Of a stretch of 64,000 bases of DNA, positions 30,039 through 39,648 are shown one piece after another. The notes under the pieces were generated by a model that did no database searches, had not been told where the DNA came from, and was given only the letters and a program-made list of their open reading frames with translations. Position numbers and translations under genes: made by a program. The stretch is taken from IMG/VR virus record IMGVR_UViG_3300044527_000952, positions 1-64,000 of that record, one strand, 5' to 3'. The stretch is from a virus. Numbering within the stretch: the first letter of the stretch is position 1; the number at the start of each line of letters is the position of its first letter.

Positions 30039-30370
30039 GTAATTTTAATTATATTGCAAGTTGGGATGAATTTGGTTTGGAAGCATTGTTTAACGTGACA
30101 AAAATGGATGAAAACAATGTTTGGAAAATCTTAAAAGATGAAAAAGCACAACCAGAAACTGTTCCATTGCGTCAATTAATTTTACGAGCACAATTTAACC
30201 CACAACGTGCATATGAAATATATGCATTTGTTTCTCCTTTAACTGAAGAAGATATTAGGTTATGTTTTGAGCATACACCACAAGTTATTGTTGAACAAAT
30301 TAGGCAAGTTGGACATAAATTTTTTTCTAATCATGACCCACACATTAAAAGTAAAATAAAAATCACATAA
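30035..30370 (+). CDS. Conserved phage hypothetical protein
   Basis: WDEFGLE..LRAQFNPQRAYEIYAF. Confidence 0.65.
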   Translation: MSNFNYIASWDEFGLEALFNVTKMDENNVWKILKDEKAQPETVPLRQLILRAQFNPQRAYEIYAFVSPLTEEDIRLCFEHTPQVIVEQIRQVGHKFFSNHDPHIKSKIKIT

Positions 30371-30417
30371 TGCTATGCCCCTAAATATTTGTGGTACTAG
30401 ATATTAGGAGAATACCA

Positions 30418-31113
30418 ATGGCAAGATTTCTTAAACATATTGGGATGCATGGTGATCGTAAGGTAGCAGTGGTGTTTAGACAGCTTCCTGGTGAGGAGCA
30501 TATGGCACTTGTTGTTTACACCCAATTGTTAAATCAAAATATTCATGACCCACTTATTGCAAGTATTGAAAGCGATATTGGTCAAGCAAGTAAAGAGTTA
30601 GCTGACGCACTTAACCGTACACATACACGTGATGGTAAGATTATCCTTCAAGTATTGCACAATGAAGGTATGCTTAAAAAAGTTAACACAGAGTCAATTA
30701 TAATGACTCCTGCTCCTAAGCAACATATACGTTTAAACGAACTAAACAAGCTATTAAACGAAATGGAGCAAGGCGAGGCAGCAGTACGCAGACTTGCTGA
30801 AATTGATGCTAGCAAGGGGCTACAGGACCCTGCAGACATTGCTAAGCGTATGCGTGGTGAACAACCTGCAGCAGATCGAATGTTTGGGTCACAGGATACA
30901 TTAGGTGATAATGAATTAGCTAATAATTTGCGCCAACAAGCAGCTAGAATGAGCGCAGAGGCTAAGGGATTACTTGCAGAGGCAGATCGTTTAATAAAAG
31001 AAGCAGCACAAATGGAAGGCAGTGTAGTTGAAAAAGCACCTGTACCTAAGAAAGCAGCAGCAAAAAAGGCAGCACCAAAACGAACAACTAAGGCAAAAGC
31101 AGTAGCAGCATAA
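30418..31113 (+). CDS. Hypothetical protein with coiled-coil and Lys/Ala-rich tail
   Basis: SD aggag, TAAATA upstream. Confidence 0.75.
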   Translation: MARFLKHIGMHGDRKVAVVFRQLPGEEHMALVVYTQLLNQNIHDPLIASIESDIGQASKELADALNRTHTRDGKIILQVLHNEGMLKKVNTESIIMTPAPKQHIRLNELNKLLNEMEQGEAAVRRLAEIDASKGLQDPADIAKRMRGEQPAADRMFGSQDTLGDNELANNLRQQAARMSAEAKGLLAEADRLIKEAAQMEGSVVEKAPVPKKAAAKKAAPKRTTKAKAVAA

Positions 31114-31118
31114 TTATC

Positions 31119-31415
31119 ATGTCCCCTGAAATTTTCCAAAAATGGGAACAAATTGTTGATGATGTTGACAAGATTAAAATCCCTGTAGAGTTTATTAAAA
31201 AACTAGTAATTCGCTTGGAAGGTAGGAAACAACGTACGTTAAACATTCAATCACTTATTAAATCAGGTCATGAACCCGATGAAGTTGAAGAAATTATTGC
31301 TGACAAACTTCGTGAGTTAGATGATGATATGGTAAGCATTGAATTTATTCTTGATATAGAAAATATAGCAGAAACGGTACAGCCTACCACTGACAATTTA
31401 CTTAAAAATCTATAA
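31119..31415 (+). CDS. Hypothetical protein
   Basis: 98-aa ORF in the operon. Confidence 0.7.
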   Translation: MSPEIFQKWEQIVDDVDKIKIPVEFIKKLVIRLEGRKQRTLNIQSLIKSGHEPDEVEEIIADKLRELDDDMVSIEFILDIENIAETVQPTTDNLLKNL

Positions 31416-31482
31416 ACTTAGATAACTTCATGTTTGATTTTATAAAATGTATATGTATAATACATGATTAAAAGGATCAAAC

Positions 31483-32166
31483 ATGAATGTAAAATTAGTA
31501 TCTTATTCTCAACCAACAGAAGAATTTAAAAGTCTTGGTCTTGAAGATGCCCAAGATTTAATTGCATATTGTGCAAGAGTTAGTAATCCATCTAACCAAC
31601 TTAATACTGAAACTAGTGATAAACTAATACGTTATCTTATTAAGAACGCACATTGGTCACCATTAGAAATGGTCAGTGCATGTATGGAAATCACAACTAC
31701 ACGTGATATTGCAAGACAAATATTGCGTCATCGTTCTTTTTCATTCCAAGAATTTTCACAACGTTATGCAGACCCAACTAAAGATTTAAATTTTGTTGTA
31801 CGTGAGGCACGTTTGCAAGACACCAAAAATCGTCAAAATAGTATTGAATTAGAAAATACTGTTGAACATGGCATACTGCAAGAAGAATGGGCACTTAAAC
31901 AACTTGAAGTTATTGTTTCAGCAAAAAATGCTTATACATGGGCAGTAAATAATGGTATTGCTAAAGAACAAGCACGTGCAGTATTGCCCGAAGGATTGAT
32001 GGAAAGCAGACTATACATGAGTGGGACCATTCGTTCATGGATACACTTCATCGAGCTACGCAGTGGTAATGGCACACAAAAAGAGCATCAATTAATTGCA
32101 GAAGAATGCGCAAAGGTTATCGCAAATGTCTTTCCTATGGCAACCGAATTGGTCACCAATGATTAA
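31483..32166 (+). CDS. thyX: Flavin-dependent thymidylate synthase
   Basis: CARVS, HWSPLE, RHRSFSFQEFSQRY, KEQARAVLP, TQKEH. Confidence 0.95.
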   Translation: MNVKLVSYSQPTEEFKSLGLEDAQDLIAYCARVSNPSNQLNTETSDKLIRYLIKNAHWSPLEMVSACMEITTTRDIARQILRHRSFSFQEFSQRYADPTKDLNFVVREARLQDTKNRQNSIELENTVEHGILQEEWALKQLEVIVSAKNAYTWAVNNGIAKEQARAVLPEGLMESRLYMSGTIRSWIHFIELRSGNGTQKEHQLIAEECAKVIANVFPMATELVTND

Positions 32167-32452
32167 AAACTTACTTGAACCTACTAATGGTAAAGTAGCG
32201 CACCTTATGCAAAATGTAACCTATGTTGAAGTTTGCAATTTTAGGATGGGTGATGTAGAAGATCCTGAATTATATGCATCAATACCATTGGGTGAATGGT
32301 TGACTACTGAAAAAGGTAAATGGGTCAAACAACATAGTAGTGATATGGTATACGCAATAATGATTGATGTTGAATTTTATGGTTATCGTTGTGTTGTACG
32401 TGCAGCATTTGATGATAATGCATTAGATTTATATATATTAAAATGGAAATAG
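32159..32452 (+). CDS. Hypothetical phage protein
   Basis: FRMGDVEDPELYA..W..TEKGKWV..LKWK. Confidence 0.65.
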   Translation: MIKNLLEPTNGKVAHLMQNVTYVEVCNFRMGDVEDPELYASIPLGEWLTTEKGKWVKQHSSDMVYAIMIDVEFYGYRCVVRAAFDDNALDLYILKWK

Positions 32453-32453
32453 T

Positions 32454-33422
32454 ATGATTTTTGTAACAGGTGGGTTGGGGTTTATTGGACATAATGTCGT
32501 ACGACAATTAGAAAAGCGTAATCATGAAGTACGTATTATTGATAATTGCACTGATTATGGTTTTATCCCAAAAGATGAATTATGCTATCTAGTTAAAGAA
32601 CGTAAACAAGAACTCAAATCAATCGTACATAATTTCCATATTGCAGATAAACAATTGCATATGGTGTTCAATATGCTTAAACCACATACTGTCATACATC
32701 TTGCAGCTATGCCACGTTCAAAAATAGTTAATGCTAATCCTACATACGGTGCATATACTCTAACAGAAGGATTATTAAATTTATTAGAATTATGTAAAAA
32801 CCATAATGTTAAACGGTTTGTTTATGTCAGTAGCAGCATGGTATATGGCAATTGGAGCGGAACAATTGATGAATCTCACCCCACCAACCCAATCGATATA
32901 TACGGTACGCTGAAATTAACAGGTGAAAAGTTAGTTAAATTATGGGCAAAACAACATAATCGTGAATATACAATACTTCGACCAAGCGCAGTATACGGTC
33001 CATTAGACGTAGAAGATAGGGTATTAAGTAAGTTTGTTCTTAATGCCATGCGTGGACAAGATCTTGTTGTACAAGGTGAACATGAAGTATTAGACTTTAG
33101 TTATGTTGAAGATGTAGCATGGGGTGTAACAAATGCTTCTATTTCTAAGAACGCAGTAAATAAAACTTATAATCTTACTAGAAATCAAACTGATTCAATC
33201 ACGTTATATGATGCTGCCAAGTTAGCGGCACAGATAGTTGGTAAAGGAAATATAGTTATTAATCCTAAAAACATTGACTATCCTAGTAGGGGTAAGTTAA
33301 ATTCAGAATTAGCAAAAATAGACTTTGAGTATAATCCATATGTTGACCTTGAAATCGGTTTGGAATGCTATTACAAGTGGCTCGCAGACAGCACCTATTG
33401 GCAATCAAAAATTAGAAAATAG
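32454..33422 (+). CDS. NAD-dependent epimerase/dehydratase
   Basis: VTGGLGFIG, HLAA, SSSMVYG, YGTLK, RPSAVYGP. Confidence 0.92.
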   Translation: MIFVTGGLGFIGHNVVRQLEKRNHEVRIIDNCTDYGFIPKDELCYLVKERKQELKSIVHNFHIADKQLHMVFNMLKPHTVIHLAAMPRSKIVNANPTYGAYTLTEGLLNLLELCKNHNVKRFVYVSSSMVYGNWSGTIDESHPTNPIDIYGTLKLTGEKLVKLWAKQHNREYTILRPSAVYGPLDVEDRVLSKFVLNAMRGQDLVVQGEHEVLDFSYVEDVAWGVTNASISKNAVNKTYNLTRNQTDSITLYDAAKLAAQIVGKGNIVINPKNIDYPSRGKLNSELAKIDFEYNPYVDLEIGLECYYKWLADSTYWQSKIRK

Positions 33423-34557
33423 TATTCCATTTATTCGTTTAGATCGTCAATACGAGTCTATTAAAGATGAATTGCTCAGTGTTACTGATGAAGTATTAAA
33501 AAGTGGTAAATTAGTCAATGGTAAGTACAAGTTTGATTTAGAAGAATATTTTTGTGAGTATTTACATTATAAACATGCATTTGCAGTGCATAGTGGAACA
33601 CAAGCTTTAGAAATTATTGCTGAAGCTAATAAATTAGTAACATCATACAGAAAAAAAGAAAGTCATATCCTTTTACCTGATGTAAGCTATAAAGCTACAT
33701 TACATGCTTTTATTCGTCATGGTTACAATGTTACCTTAGTTGATGTTGATGCTTATGGTATGATGAAGTGGGATGAAGTTACAAAAATTGTCGAACAAAA
33801 TCCTGATATTATTTTTGATATTTGTATTGTAGGGTTATATGGTGCAAAACCATATTACAATAATCATAAAGAAAATGATTTACGATTTAAAGCATTGAGC
33901 ACAATTACTATACGTGGTGGTAAAGTATATGAAGATGGTGCGCAACATTGGTTAAGTGGTAAAAATGAAATGTCTACTGCTATGGCAATTAGTTTAGATC
34001 CTACAAAAAACTTAAATGCTAGTGGTAATGGTGGTGTTATTGTAACTAGTTATGCTGATTTAGCAAATCATATTAGAGCAATTTGCAAAAATGGTTCAGA
34101 AAACAGTCTATTTTCTACACAAATAGGAACCAATAGTAAGTTAAGTGAAATTGATTGTGCACATGTTTTAGTACGTACTAAGCATATTGAAGCATGGCAA
34201 CAACGCAGAAAAGATATTGCTGCCTATTATATGCGTGAATTCGCTAAACATGATATTGAAAACTTATGTGAATCAAAAGAAGAACGTATGTATGCATATC
34301 ATAGCGTTAACAAGTTTGCGATTAGTGTAGAGAATCGTGATCGTTTGCAAGAATATCTACAGTTACATGGTATAGAGACTAAAATACATTACAAACAAAA
34401 TTTATCAAGACATAGATTAGCTAAGAATAACTGTTCCTTTTTAGAGAATTCTTGGCAATTTTGTGCGCATACATTATCTTTACCAATCTATCCTGAACTA
34501 ACTGATGGTGAAGTTGAGCGAATAACACAGACAATTATCAAATTCATGCATAAATAA
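33340..34557 (+). CDS. DegT/DnrJ/EryC1/StrS PLP aminotransferase
   Basis: SGTQAL, EDGAQ, SLDPTKNL..GNGG, IHY, LSLPIYPELT. Start uncertain: the nearest ATG overlaps the upstream gene by about 80 nt. Confidence 0.88.
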   Translation: MLTLKSVWNAITSGSQTAPIGNQKLENSIPFIRLDRQYESIKDELLSVTDEVLKSGKLVNGKYKFDLEEYFCEYLHYKHAFAVHSGTQALEIIAEANKLVTSYRKKESHILLPDVSYKATLHAFIRHGYNVTLVDVDAYGMMKWDEVTKIVEQNPDIIFDICIVGLYGAKPYYNNHKENDLRFKALSTITIRGGKVYEDGAQHWLSGKNEMSTAMAISLDPTKNLNASGNGGVIVTSYADLANHIRAICKNGSENSLFSTQIGTNSKLSEIDCAHVLVRTKHIEAWQQRRKDIAAYYMREFAKHDIENLCESKEERMYAYHSVNKFAISVENRDRLQEYLQLHGIETKIHYKQNLSRHRLAKNNCSFLENSWQFCAHTLSLPIYPELTDGEVERITQTIIKFMHK

Positions 34558-34561
34558 GTTT

Positions 34562-35068
34562 ATGTGGATATTATCTTTATTACCTGAATGGGCGATTCAT
34601 GCAATATTTGCAGCAGGTGCAGTTGGAATAATTCTAGGTTTTGTACTAGGATTTATCCCATTCATAAACAAATACAAACTTCCTATACAAATTATAAGCA
34701 TTTTAGTCTTTGCTTTTGGTGTATACCTTGAAGGTGGATATGCTAATGAAATGATTTGGCAGATGAAAGTCAAAGAAATGGAAGTAAAGATTAAAGAGGC
34801 TGAAGTCAAGGCTGCACAAAAGAATGTAGAAATCCAAGAAAAAGTAGTCACTCAAACTCAAATTGTAAAAGAAAAAGGTCAGGATATTATTAAATATGTG
34901 GATAGATATAGAGACCGTGAAGTTCTCAAGACAGTAGAAGGACCTGAACGTGTTAAGATTGAAGAGGTCATTAAGTTTGTAGAAAATTGTCCTATTCCAC
35001 AAGATATAATTGATGCACATAATTCTGCTGCTAAAATGAACGAAGCAGCAAAAGGTGATAAAAAATGA
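34562..35068 (+). CDS. Probable i-spanin (Rz-like)
   Basis: N-terminal transmembrane segments, coiled-coil, C-terminal C.IP....AHN; adjacent to a lipoprotein gene. Confidence 0.6.
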   Translation: MWILSLLPEWAIHAIFAAGAVGIILGFVLGFIPFINKYKLPIQIISILVFAFGVYLEGGYANEMIWQMKVKEMEVKIKEAEVKAAQKNVEIQEKVVTQTQIVKEKGQDIIKYVDRYRDREVLKTVEGPERVKIEEVIKFVENCPIPQDIIDAHNSAAKMNEAAKGDKK

Positions 35069-35373
35069 CAATCTCTAAAGATGTACGTTTTTTAATCATT
35101 GTGTGCTTTATTATGCTGTTAATGACATTGGGTGGTTGCTCATTATTCGAAAAGCAACCTATTCCTGTCAAGCGTGAATTTCCTCAAGCTACCCCTGAAT
35201 TAATGAAAAAATGTGAGCAACTTAAAACCATACAAGGTGACAAAGTTGCTATTACAGAAATGTTAAAAACTGTAGTAGAAAACTATACTTTATATTATCA
35301 GTGCTCAACTAAAGTAGAAGGTTGGCAAGAGTGGTATACTGAACAGAAAAAGATTTTTGATGAAGTAAAATGA
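35065..35373 (+). CDS. Probable o-spanin lipoprotein (Rz1-like)
   Basis: Lipobox LGGC, FP..PELM..C..L, NY..Y..C. Confidence 0.65.
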   Translation: MTISKDVRFLIIVCFIMLLMTLGGCSLFEKQPIPVKREFPQATPELMKKCEQLKTIQGDKVAITEMLKTVVENYTLYYQCSTKVEGWQEWYTEQKKIFDEVK

Positions 35374-35558
35374 AAGTCGCAGACATTGCAAAAGATTACA
35401 AGTTGTACATGGCTAAGGTCACTGTAAAGCAGCAAGGTTATAGTGGGCAGGTTGAATTCACTGTAACTGCACAAAACTTAAACATGGCTAAAATCCTAAT
35501 GAAAAGACAATATAATTTACAAGATCACCAAATTGGCTCAATTAGAGAAGTCAAGTAA
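35370..35558 (+). CDS. Hypothetical protein
   Basis: Coupled ORF. Confidence 0.6.
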   Translation: MKVADIAKDYKLYMAKVTVKQQGYSGQVEFTVTAQNLNMAKILMKRQYNLQDHQIGSIREVK

Positions 35559-35567
35559 GGAATTATT

Positions 35568-35822
35568 ATGAAAAACATTGCATTAATTGGTTTCGTAGTT
35601 TTGTTAGCAGGATGCGCATCAACTAAAGATCAACTATACTATGATGCTGCTAAGGCTATTAGCAAAGACAATACCATGAGTCAAACTGCTTGTTGGGCAG
35701 CTATTTCAGATATTGCCAAAGGTGGTGGTGAAGGTGCTAAAGTTGGTGCAATTAGTCTTGCTGACAAGTGTAAGAACGAAACCATGAAGATTGAACGTCC
35801 TAGAAATTGGATGGGACTATAA
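35568..35822 (+). CDS. Small lipoprotein
   Basis: Lipobox LAGC, SD aagga. Confidence 0.75.
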   Translation: MKNIALIGFVVLLAGCASTKDQLYYDAAKAISKDNTMSQTACWAAISDIAKGGGEGAKVGAISLADKCKNETMKIERPRNWMGL

Positions 35823-36578
35823 TAGTTTAGCTATTTGTATAGCTAGTTCATCATTACGTGGTGCATCAGGTAAATCGTTATTGTTTATATCACGATATCC
35901 AATGATTGGAAACTCTACGTTTTCATTTCTAATAAATCGTTGTATAAGTTCTTTTGGTGCAGCAATACCATCAGCATCCATTAATTGACCATTAGGCAAT
36001 TCTAACACAGCATGATCAGCACGTTTGCCATATGGTGTGTCAGCAATTAGTACAACCACTTTACCACCATATTTTTTCTGTAATGCTTGGGCAAAGACTA
36101 CGCATCCACCATCAAACGGTCCGCTATCAGTTTGTTGTACTAATAATGTATATATTTTGTTCTTATTTTTAAATGGAAATTTACCTTCATGTATGATTTT
36201 TCTAGCTACTATACCATGACCAACAGGATATTCTTTATTAAACCTAATAGGTTGTAGCATTGGATAGAGGTATTTTGTTGTACCACTTTGTATATCAAAC
36301 TTAGAACCACGTGGTACAAGGTGTTTACGCTCTAGTTTTCTGAATGTTTCTTCATCTACAACAATAGGTTCGCCAACAATAACAGAACCTATAGCAACTG
36401 CCTTACCTGTACCTGTACGAACGATGCCAACACGTTTACCTATGTATGGGTTTAACGATGGCCCACGCCTACTTTCATAATGTTTTTTACCATCTACAAT
36501 AAGGTCAGCATAGTGTATGTCACCATCACTACGTATGTTTATGCCAATTGATGGTATATCAAACTCATGAAACTTCAT
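35817..36578 (-). CDS. Two-domain protein: ASCH/PUA-like N-terminus plus a domain with GGC..HA..DADG
   Basis: YADLIVDGKKHYESR (ASCH signature). C-terminal Cys/His/Asp pattern. Confidence 0.6.
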   Translation of the reverse strand: MKFHEFDIPSIGINIRSDGDIHYADLIVDGKKHYESRRGPSLNPYIGKRVGIVRTGTGKAVAIGSVIVGEPIVVDEETFRKLERKHLVPRGSKFDIQSGTTKYLYPMLQPIRFNKEYPVGHGIVARKIIHEGKFPFKNKNKIYTLLVQQTDSGPFDGGCVVFAQALQKKYGGKVVVLIADTPYGKRADHAVLELPNGQLMDADGIAAPKELIQRFIRNENVEFPIIGYRDINNNDLPDAPRNDELAIQIAKLL

Positions 36579-36795
36579 TTTTAATTTGTTCTCGTTTTGC
36601 AATATACTCTTGATATAGTTCTATTTCTTTCATATTGATTAGGTATGACTTGCCACCTGTCATATGGTTTTTCAACATACCTTCACTTAGCCATTGTAAT
36701 CTTTGTTTAAATTCTTCCAAATTAGAACATTTCATATATTCATATGAATTCATGAGTTCTTTTCTTAGCGCATTTAATTTTTGTTGTTTAGTCAT
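36565..36795 (-). CDS. Hypothetical protein
   Basis: 76-aa ORF in a minus-strand operon. Confidence 0.55.
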   Translation of the reverse strand: MTKQQKLNALRKELMNSYEYMKCSNLEEFKQRLQWLSEGMLKNHMTGGKSYLINMKEIELYQEYIAKREQIKNEVS

Positions 36796-36889
36796 GATCT
36801 ACCGTTATATGTCCATAATTCCATCGACTCAAATTGTAATATTGAGTGGTTTCTTCTCTTGATTCAGTAATAAATTCAGTAGCTCTCAT
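36788..36889 (-). CDS. 33-aa ORF beginning MRATEFITE (not in the supplied ORF track)
   Basis: TAAATA 5 nt upstream on the minus strand. N-terminus matches MRAKEFIAE of 38283. Confidence 0.55.
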   Translation of the reverse strand: MRATEFITESREETTQYYNLSRWNYGHITVDHD

Positions 36890-36921
36890 TTATATATTTA
36901 TGAGCAACGCTAAATATTATA

Positions 36922-37839
36922 ATGGATAAAAAGCACAAAAAATTACTAAAGTTTACTGATTGGGTTATTGGTCGTTTAGGCATAAAAAATAAACCACAGA
37001 TACGATTTAGTGATGACAAAACAGAAGTTACCAAACATAGAACATTTGGTTCGACCACCCCTAATAATACCATATGGGTCCATGTTGGTGACCGTAATAC
37101 CGCAGATGTAATGCGTACGTTATGCCATGAACTAGTACATGCTAAACAATTTGAAATTGGTACCGCTAAACCACAGATGGACCCAAAGCGTGAACAAGGC
37201 ATAGAAGATGAAGCAAATGCTATGGCAGGACGTATGATGCGTAAGTATGGTAAAATGGATGCTACCATATATGAGAGTAAAGAACGAGCATGTTGTGCAG
37301 AATTGCGTCATGGTTTGCTTAAGTTAGAAAAGACTGATTACGATACGATTGATCGTTTAATGAAGAAAATAGCTAAAAAACATAACATTACTCCAAAACA
37401 ATTACATGATTACTTTGTTGAAACACATGGTGTTATACCTGATACATGGATTAAGAAGCAAAAAAAGTTAAAGGAAAGTCGTGAAGGGTCATTAACACAT
37501 GAAGTAGCAGATAGTTTGCCACATGCTTATATTATGCCTGATTTAGATAGTGGTAATCCATATTTACAGTATAAATTTGGTGTAGCGATTGCTTCAGCAC
37601 GTGGCGCACAAGCACGTAAAGATGATAAAATTAACCCATTTGAAGAAGATGGTATGGGTGATGTATTTTCAGATAAAGAATTAGTAGTTAGTTTTGATCC
37701 ACACATTGATCAAATTATTAGTGCAGCATTAAAGAAAATTGGTATGCCTGACAATAAAAAATTAGTTGGGGTAAAAGGTAGTAAAGAAGATACCGATGTT
37801 GGAAAACAAAGTCCTGTACAGGGCTTTAAGGGGTTTTAA
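36922..37839 (+). CDS. Multidomain protein with zincin-like metallopeptidase domain
   Basis: HELVHAKQ..EDEANA. C-terminal domain paralogous to 38283..38654. Confidence 0.75.
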   Translation: MDKKHKKLLKFTDWVIGRLGIKNKPQIRFSDDKTEVTKHRTFGSTTPNNTIWVHVGDRNTADVMRTLCHELVHAKQFEIGTAKPQMDPKREQGIEDEANAMAGRMMRKYGKMDATIYESKERACCAELRHGLLKLEKTDYDTIDRLMKKIAKKHNITPKQLHDYFVETHGVIPDTWIKKQKKLKESREGSLTHEVADSLPHAYIMPDLDSGNPYLQYKFGVAIASARGAQARKDDKINPFEEDGMGDVFSDKELVVSFDPHIDQIISAALKKIGMPDNKKLVGVKGSKEDTDVGKQSPVQGFKGF

Positions 37840-37840
37840 A

Positions 37841-38275
37841 GTGAGAATATACGAAATATTAAAAGAAGAAACTGAAGATCGCCCACATTTATCTGCGGAA
37901 CAATTAGCAGCAGTTGAGCGTTTTGCTGATAAGTTATGGGAAAAATTAGGTATTGATGTAAAATTTGGTACCCATTTTTTAGAACGATTATATCGTTATG
38001 AAAACGATCCACCTATTTCAGGCGCAGAATTAGTTCGTTTATTTAAACAAGAATATCAAAAATACGGTAAAGAAATTGCTTCGCTACCACCTGAAACTGA
38101 AGGTGTGTTTATGGATTTACTCACTAACGTAAACTTACCATTTGTTATTAAGCAACGTGACGTAGATGAACCTAAGAAAATATTAGGGCAAACCATTATG
38201 CGTAAACCTAGTAATACTGCAAAAGGACAATTTGTTCCAAAAGGTCCTGCTTTTAAAATTGGTAGAACGGATTAA
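37841..38275 (+). CDS. Hypothetical virion-associated protein (GTG start)
   Basis: MRIYEILKEE N-terminus; F..HF.ER, NLPFV, TIMRK. Confidence 0.65.
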   Translation: MRIYEILKEETEDRPHLSAEQLAAVERFADKLWEKLGIDVKFGTHFLERLYRYENDPPISGAELVRLFKQEYQKYGKEIASLPPETEGVFMDLLTNVNLPFVIKQRDVDEPKKILGQTIMRKPSNTAKGQFVPKGPAFKIGRTD

Positions 38276-38282
38276 ATACAAT

Positions 38283-38654
38283 ATGCGAGCTAAAGAATTC
38301 ATAGCAGAACACAATCCTACAGGTAAACCACATCCTAATGCTAAAGAAGCATCAAGAGGTTTACATAAGTTTCGTGATATCAATGCACAAGACCGTATCT
38401 ATGAATTAAATCGTGTCATGATGGCAGTTGCATGTACTGATGGTAAAGTTCCTGTTAATTTAGACTCTGAGAGTTATACAGGTCGTAATAATACTGCACA
38501 TCCTTATACAAAAGAAGAACAAGACATGCTCAAAATTGCATATGCAGCAGTAGGTTCCGAAGTACATGATTTAAATAATGGTGATATGCGTAGTTTAGAA
38601 GTAAAAGATACCAATAAAACAAGCCCAATACAAGCATTTAAAGGCTTCAAATAA
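38283..38654 (+). CDS. Putative internal head protein
   Basis: MRAKEFIAE resembles the T4 capsid-targeting sequence. TAAATA 4 nt upstream. Confidence 0.65.
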   Translation: MRAKEFIAEHNPTGKPHPNAKEASRGLHKFRDINAQDRIYELNRVMMAVACTDGKVPVNLDSESYTGRNNTAHPYTKEEQDMLKIAYAAVGSEVHDLNNGDMRSLEVKDTNKTSPIQAFKGFK

Positions 38655-38702
38655 TTTTTCAACCCGTCCTACTATGTATAAGTAGTGTTACAGAGGAACA
38701 CT

Positions 38703-39398
38703 ATGAAAAATATTGATATTAATAAAACGATTGATGCTATTAAACTAAAATGGTACCACGAGTGGCTAGCTACACATATCTATGATGAAGGTCCTAGCGG
38801 TTTTCACAAAGAACTTACCAAATCAGTAGTTACAAAATATATCGATCCACTTAACATACCAAAAAATGCAAGAATCTTGGACATGGGATGCGGACCTGGA
38901 TACTTTCTTGATGAAATCAAAGAACGTGGATATCATAACTATATGGGTATTACCCTTAGTGATGGTGATATTCAAATGTGTCGTGGCAATGGACATGAAG
39001 TTGAAGCATATGATTTAAGTTTCCTACCACAGAATAAAGGGTTTATTGATGAAAGTGTTGACTTAATTTTTTGTCGCCATGCATTAGAACATAGTCCATA
39101 TCCATTGTTTACCTTAGTAGAATATAATCGTGTATTAAAGCAGAATGGATTAATTTATATTGAAGTACCTGCACCTAACTGTGATCGTTTACATGAATAT
39201 AACATGAATCATTACAGTATTATGGGTGAACGTATGTTAGCAGCATTGTTACAACGTACAGGATTTGATGTTAAAGTATTTGAAAATCTTGAGTTTGAAT
39301 TGGTCGTTGCCAAAGATGAAGAAGGTAATGACAAAAAAGTTAAAGAACACTTTTTCTGTATTGTTGCATCAAAAGCAAGACCACTTGATCTAAAATAA
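38703..39398 (+). CDS. Class I SAM-dependent methyltransferase
   Basis: ILDMGCGPG, DLIFCRHALEH, RVLKQNG..IEVP. Confidence 0.9.
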   Translation: MKNIDINKTIDAIKLKWYHEWLATHIYDEGPSGFHKELTKSVVTKYIDPLNIPKNARILDMGCGPGYFLDEIKERGYHNYMGITLSDGDIQMCRGNGHEVEAYDLSFLPQNKGFIDESVDLIFCRHALEHSPYPLFTLVEYNRVLKQNGLIYIEVPAPNCDRLHEYNMNHYSIMGERMLAALLQRTGFDVKVFENLEFELVVAKDEEGNDKKVKEHFFCIVASKARPLDLK

Positions 39399-39422
39399 TA
39401 AAAAACACTCATAAATATCTTT

Positions 39423-39620
39423 ATGAGTGATGAGTTAAATGATTTAAGAAAATTGGCAGGTATCACCCTGCCAAATTCTTCTGATTATGGTGCAGCAATT
39501 AGTATGACTGCAACCCAAAAAGCACAAATTATGCGTGAAAAGAATATAAGACCTGGGGATCCTGCTTGGTTCAGACTATGGTTTGCCCAAACTCATCTAA
39601 CAGGTGAAAAACCAATTTAG
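39423..39620 (+). CDS. Small conserved phage protein
   Basis: LRKLAGI, NIRPGDPAWFRLWF. Confidence 0.7.
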   Translation: MSDELNDLRKLAGITLPNSSDYGAAISMTATQKAQIMREKNIRPGDPAWFRLWFAQTHLTGEKPI

Positions 39621-39648
39621 ATAAATACTATATTATTATGGTATTTAC

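Noticed and set aside
30648-31151. Antisense and alternate-frame ORFs in the track (e.g. 30648-, 34703-, 36876-, 43559-, 53380-, 19181-)
   Set aside because: They are shadows of well-supported genes on the other strand or frame, with no motifs or initiation signals.
34562-35822. Complete lysis cassette
   Set aside because: Only spanin-like genes are recognisable; no endolysin or holin could be identified nearby.
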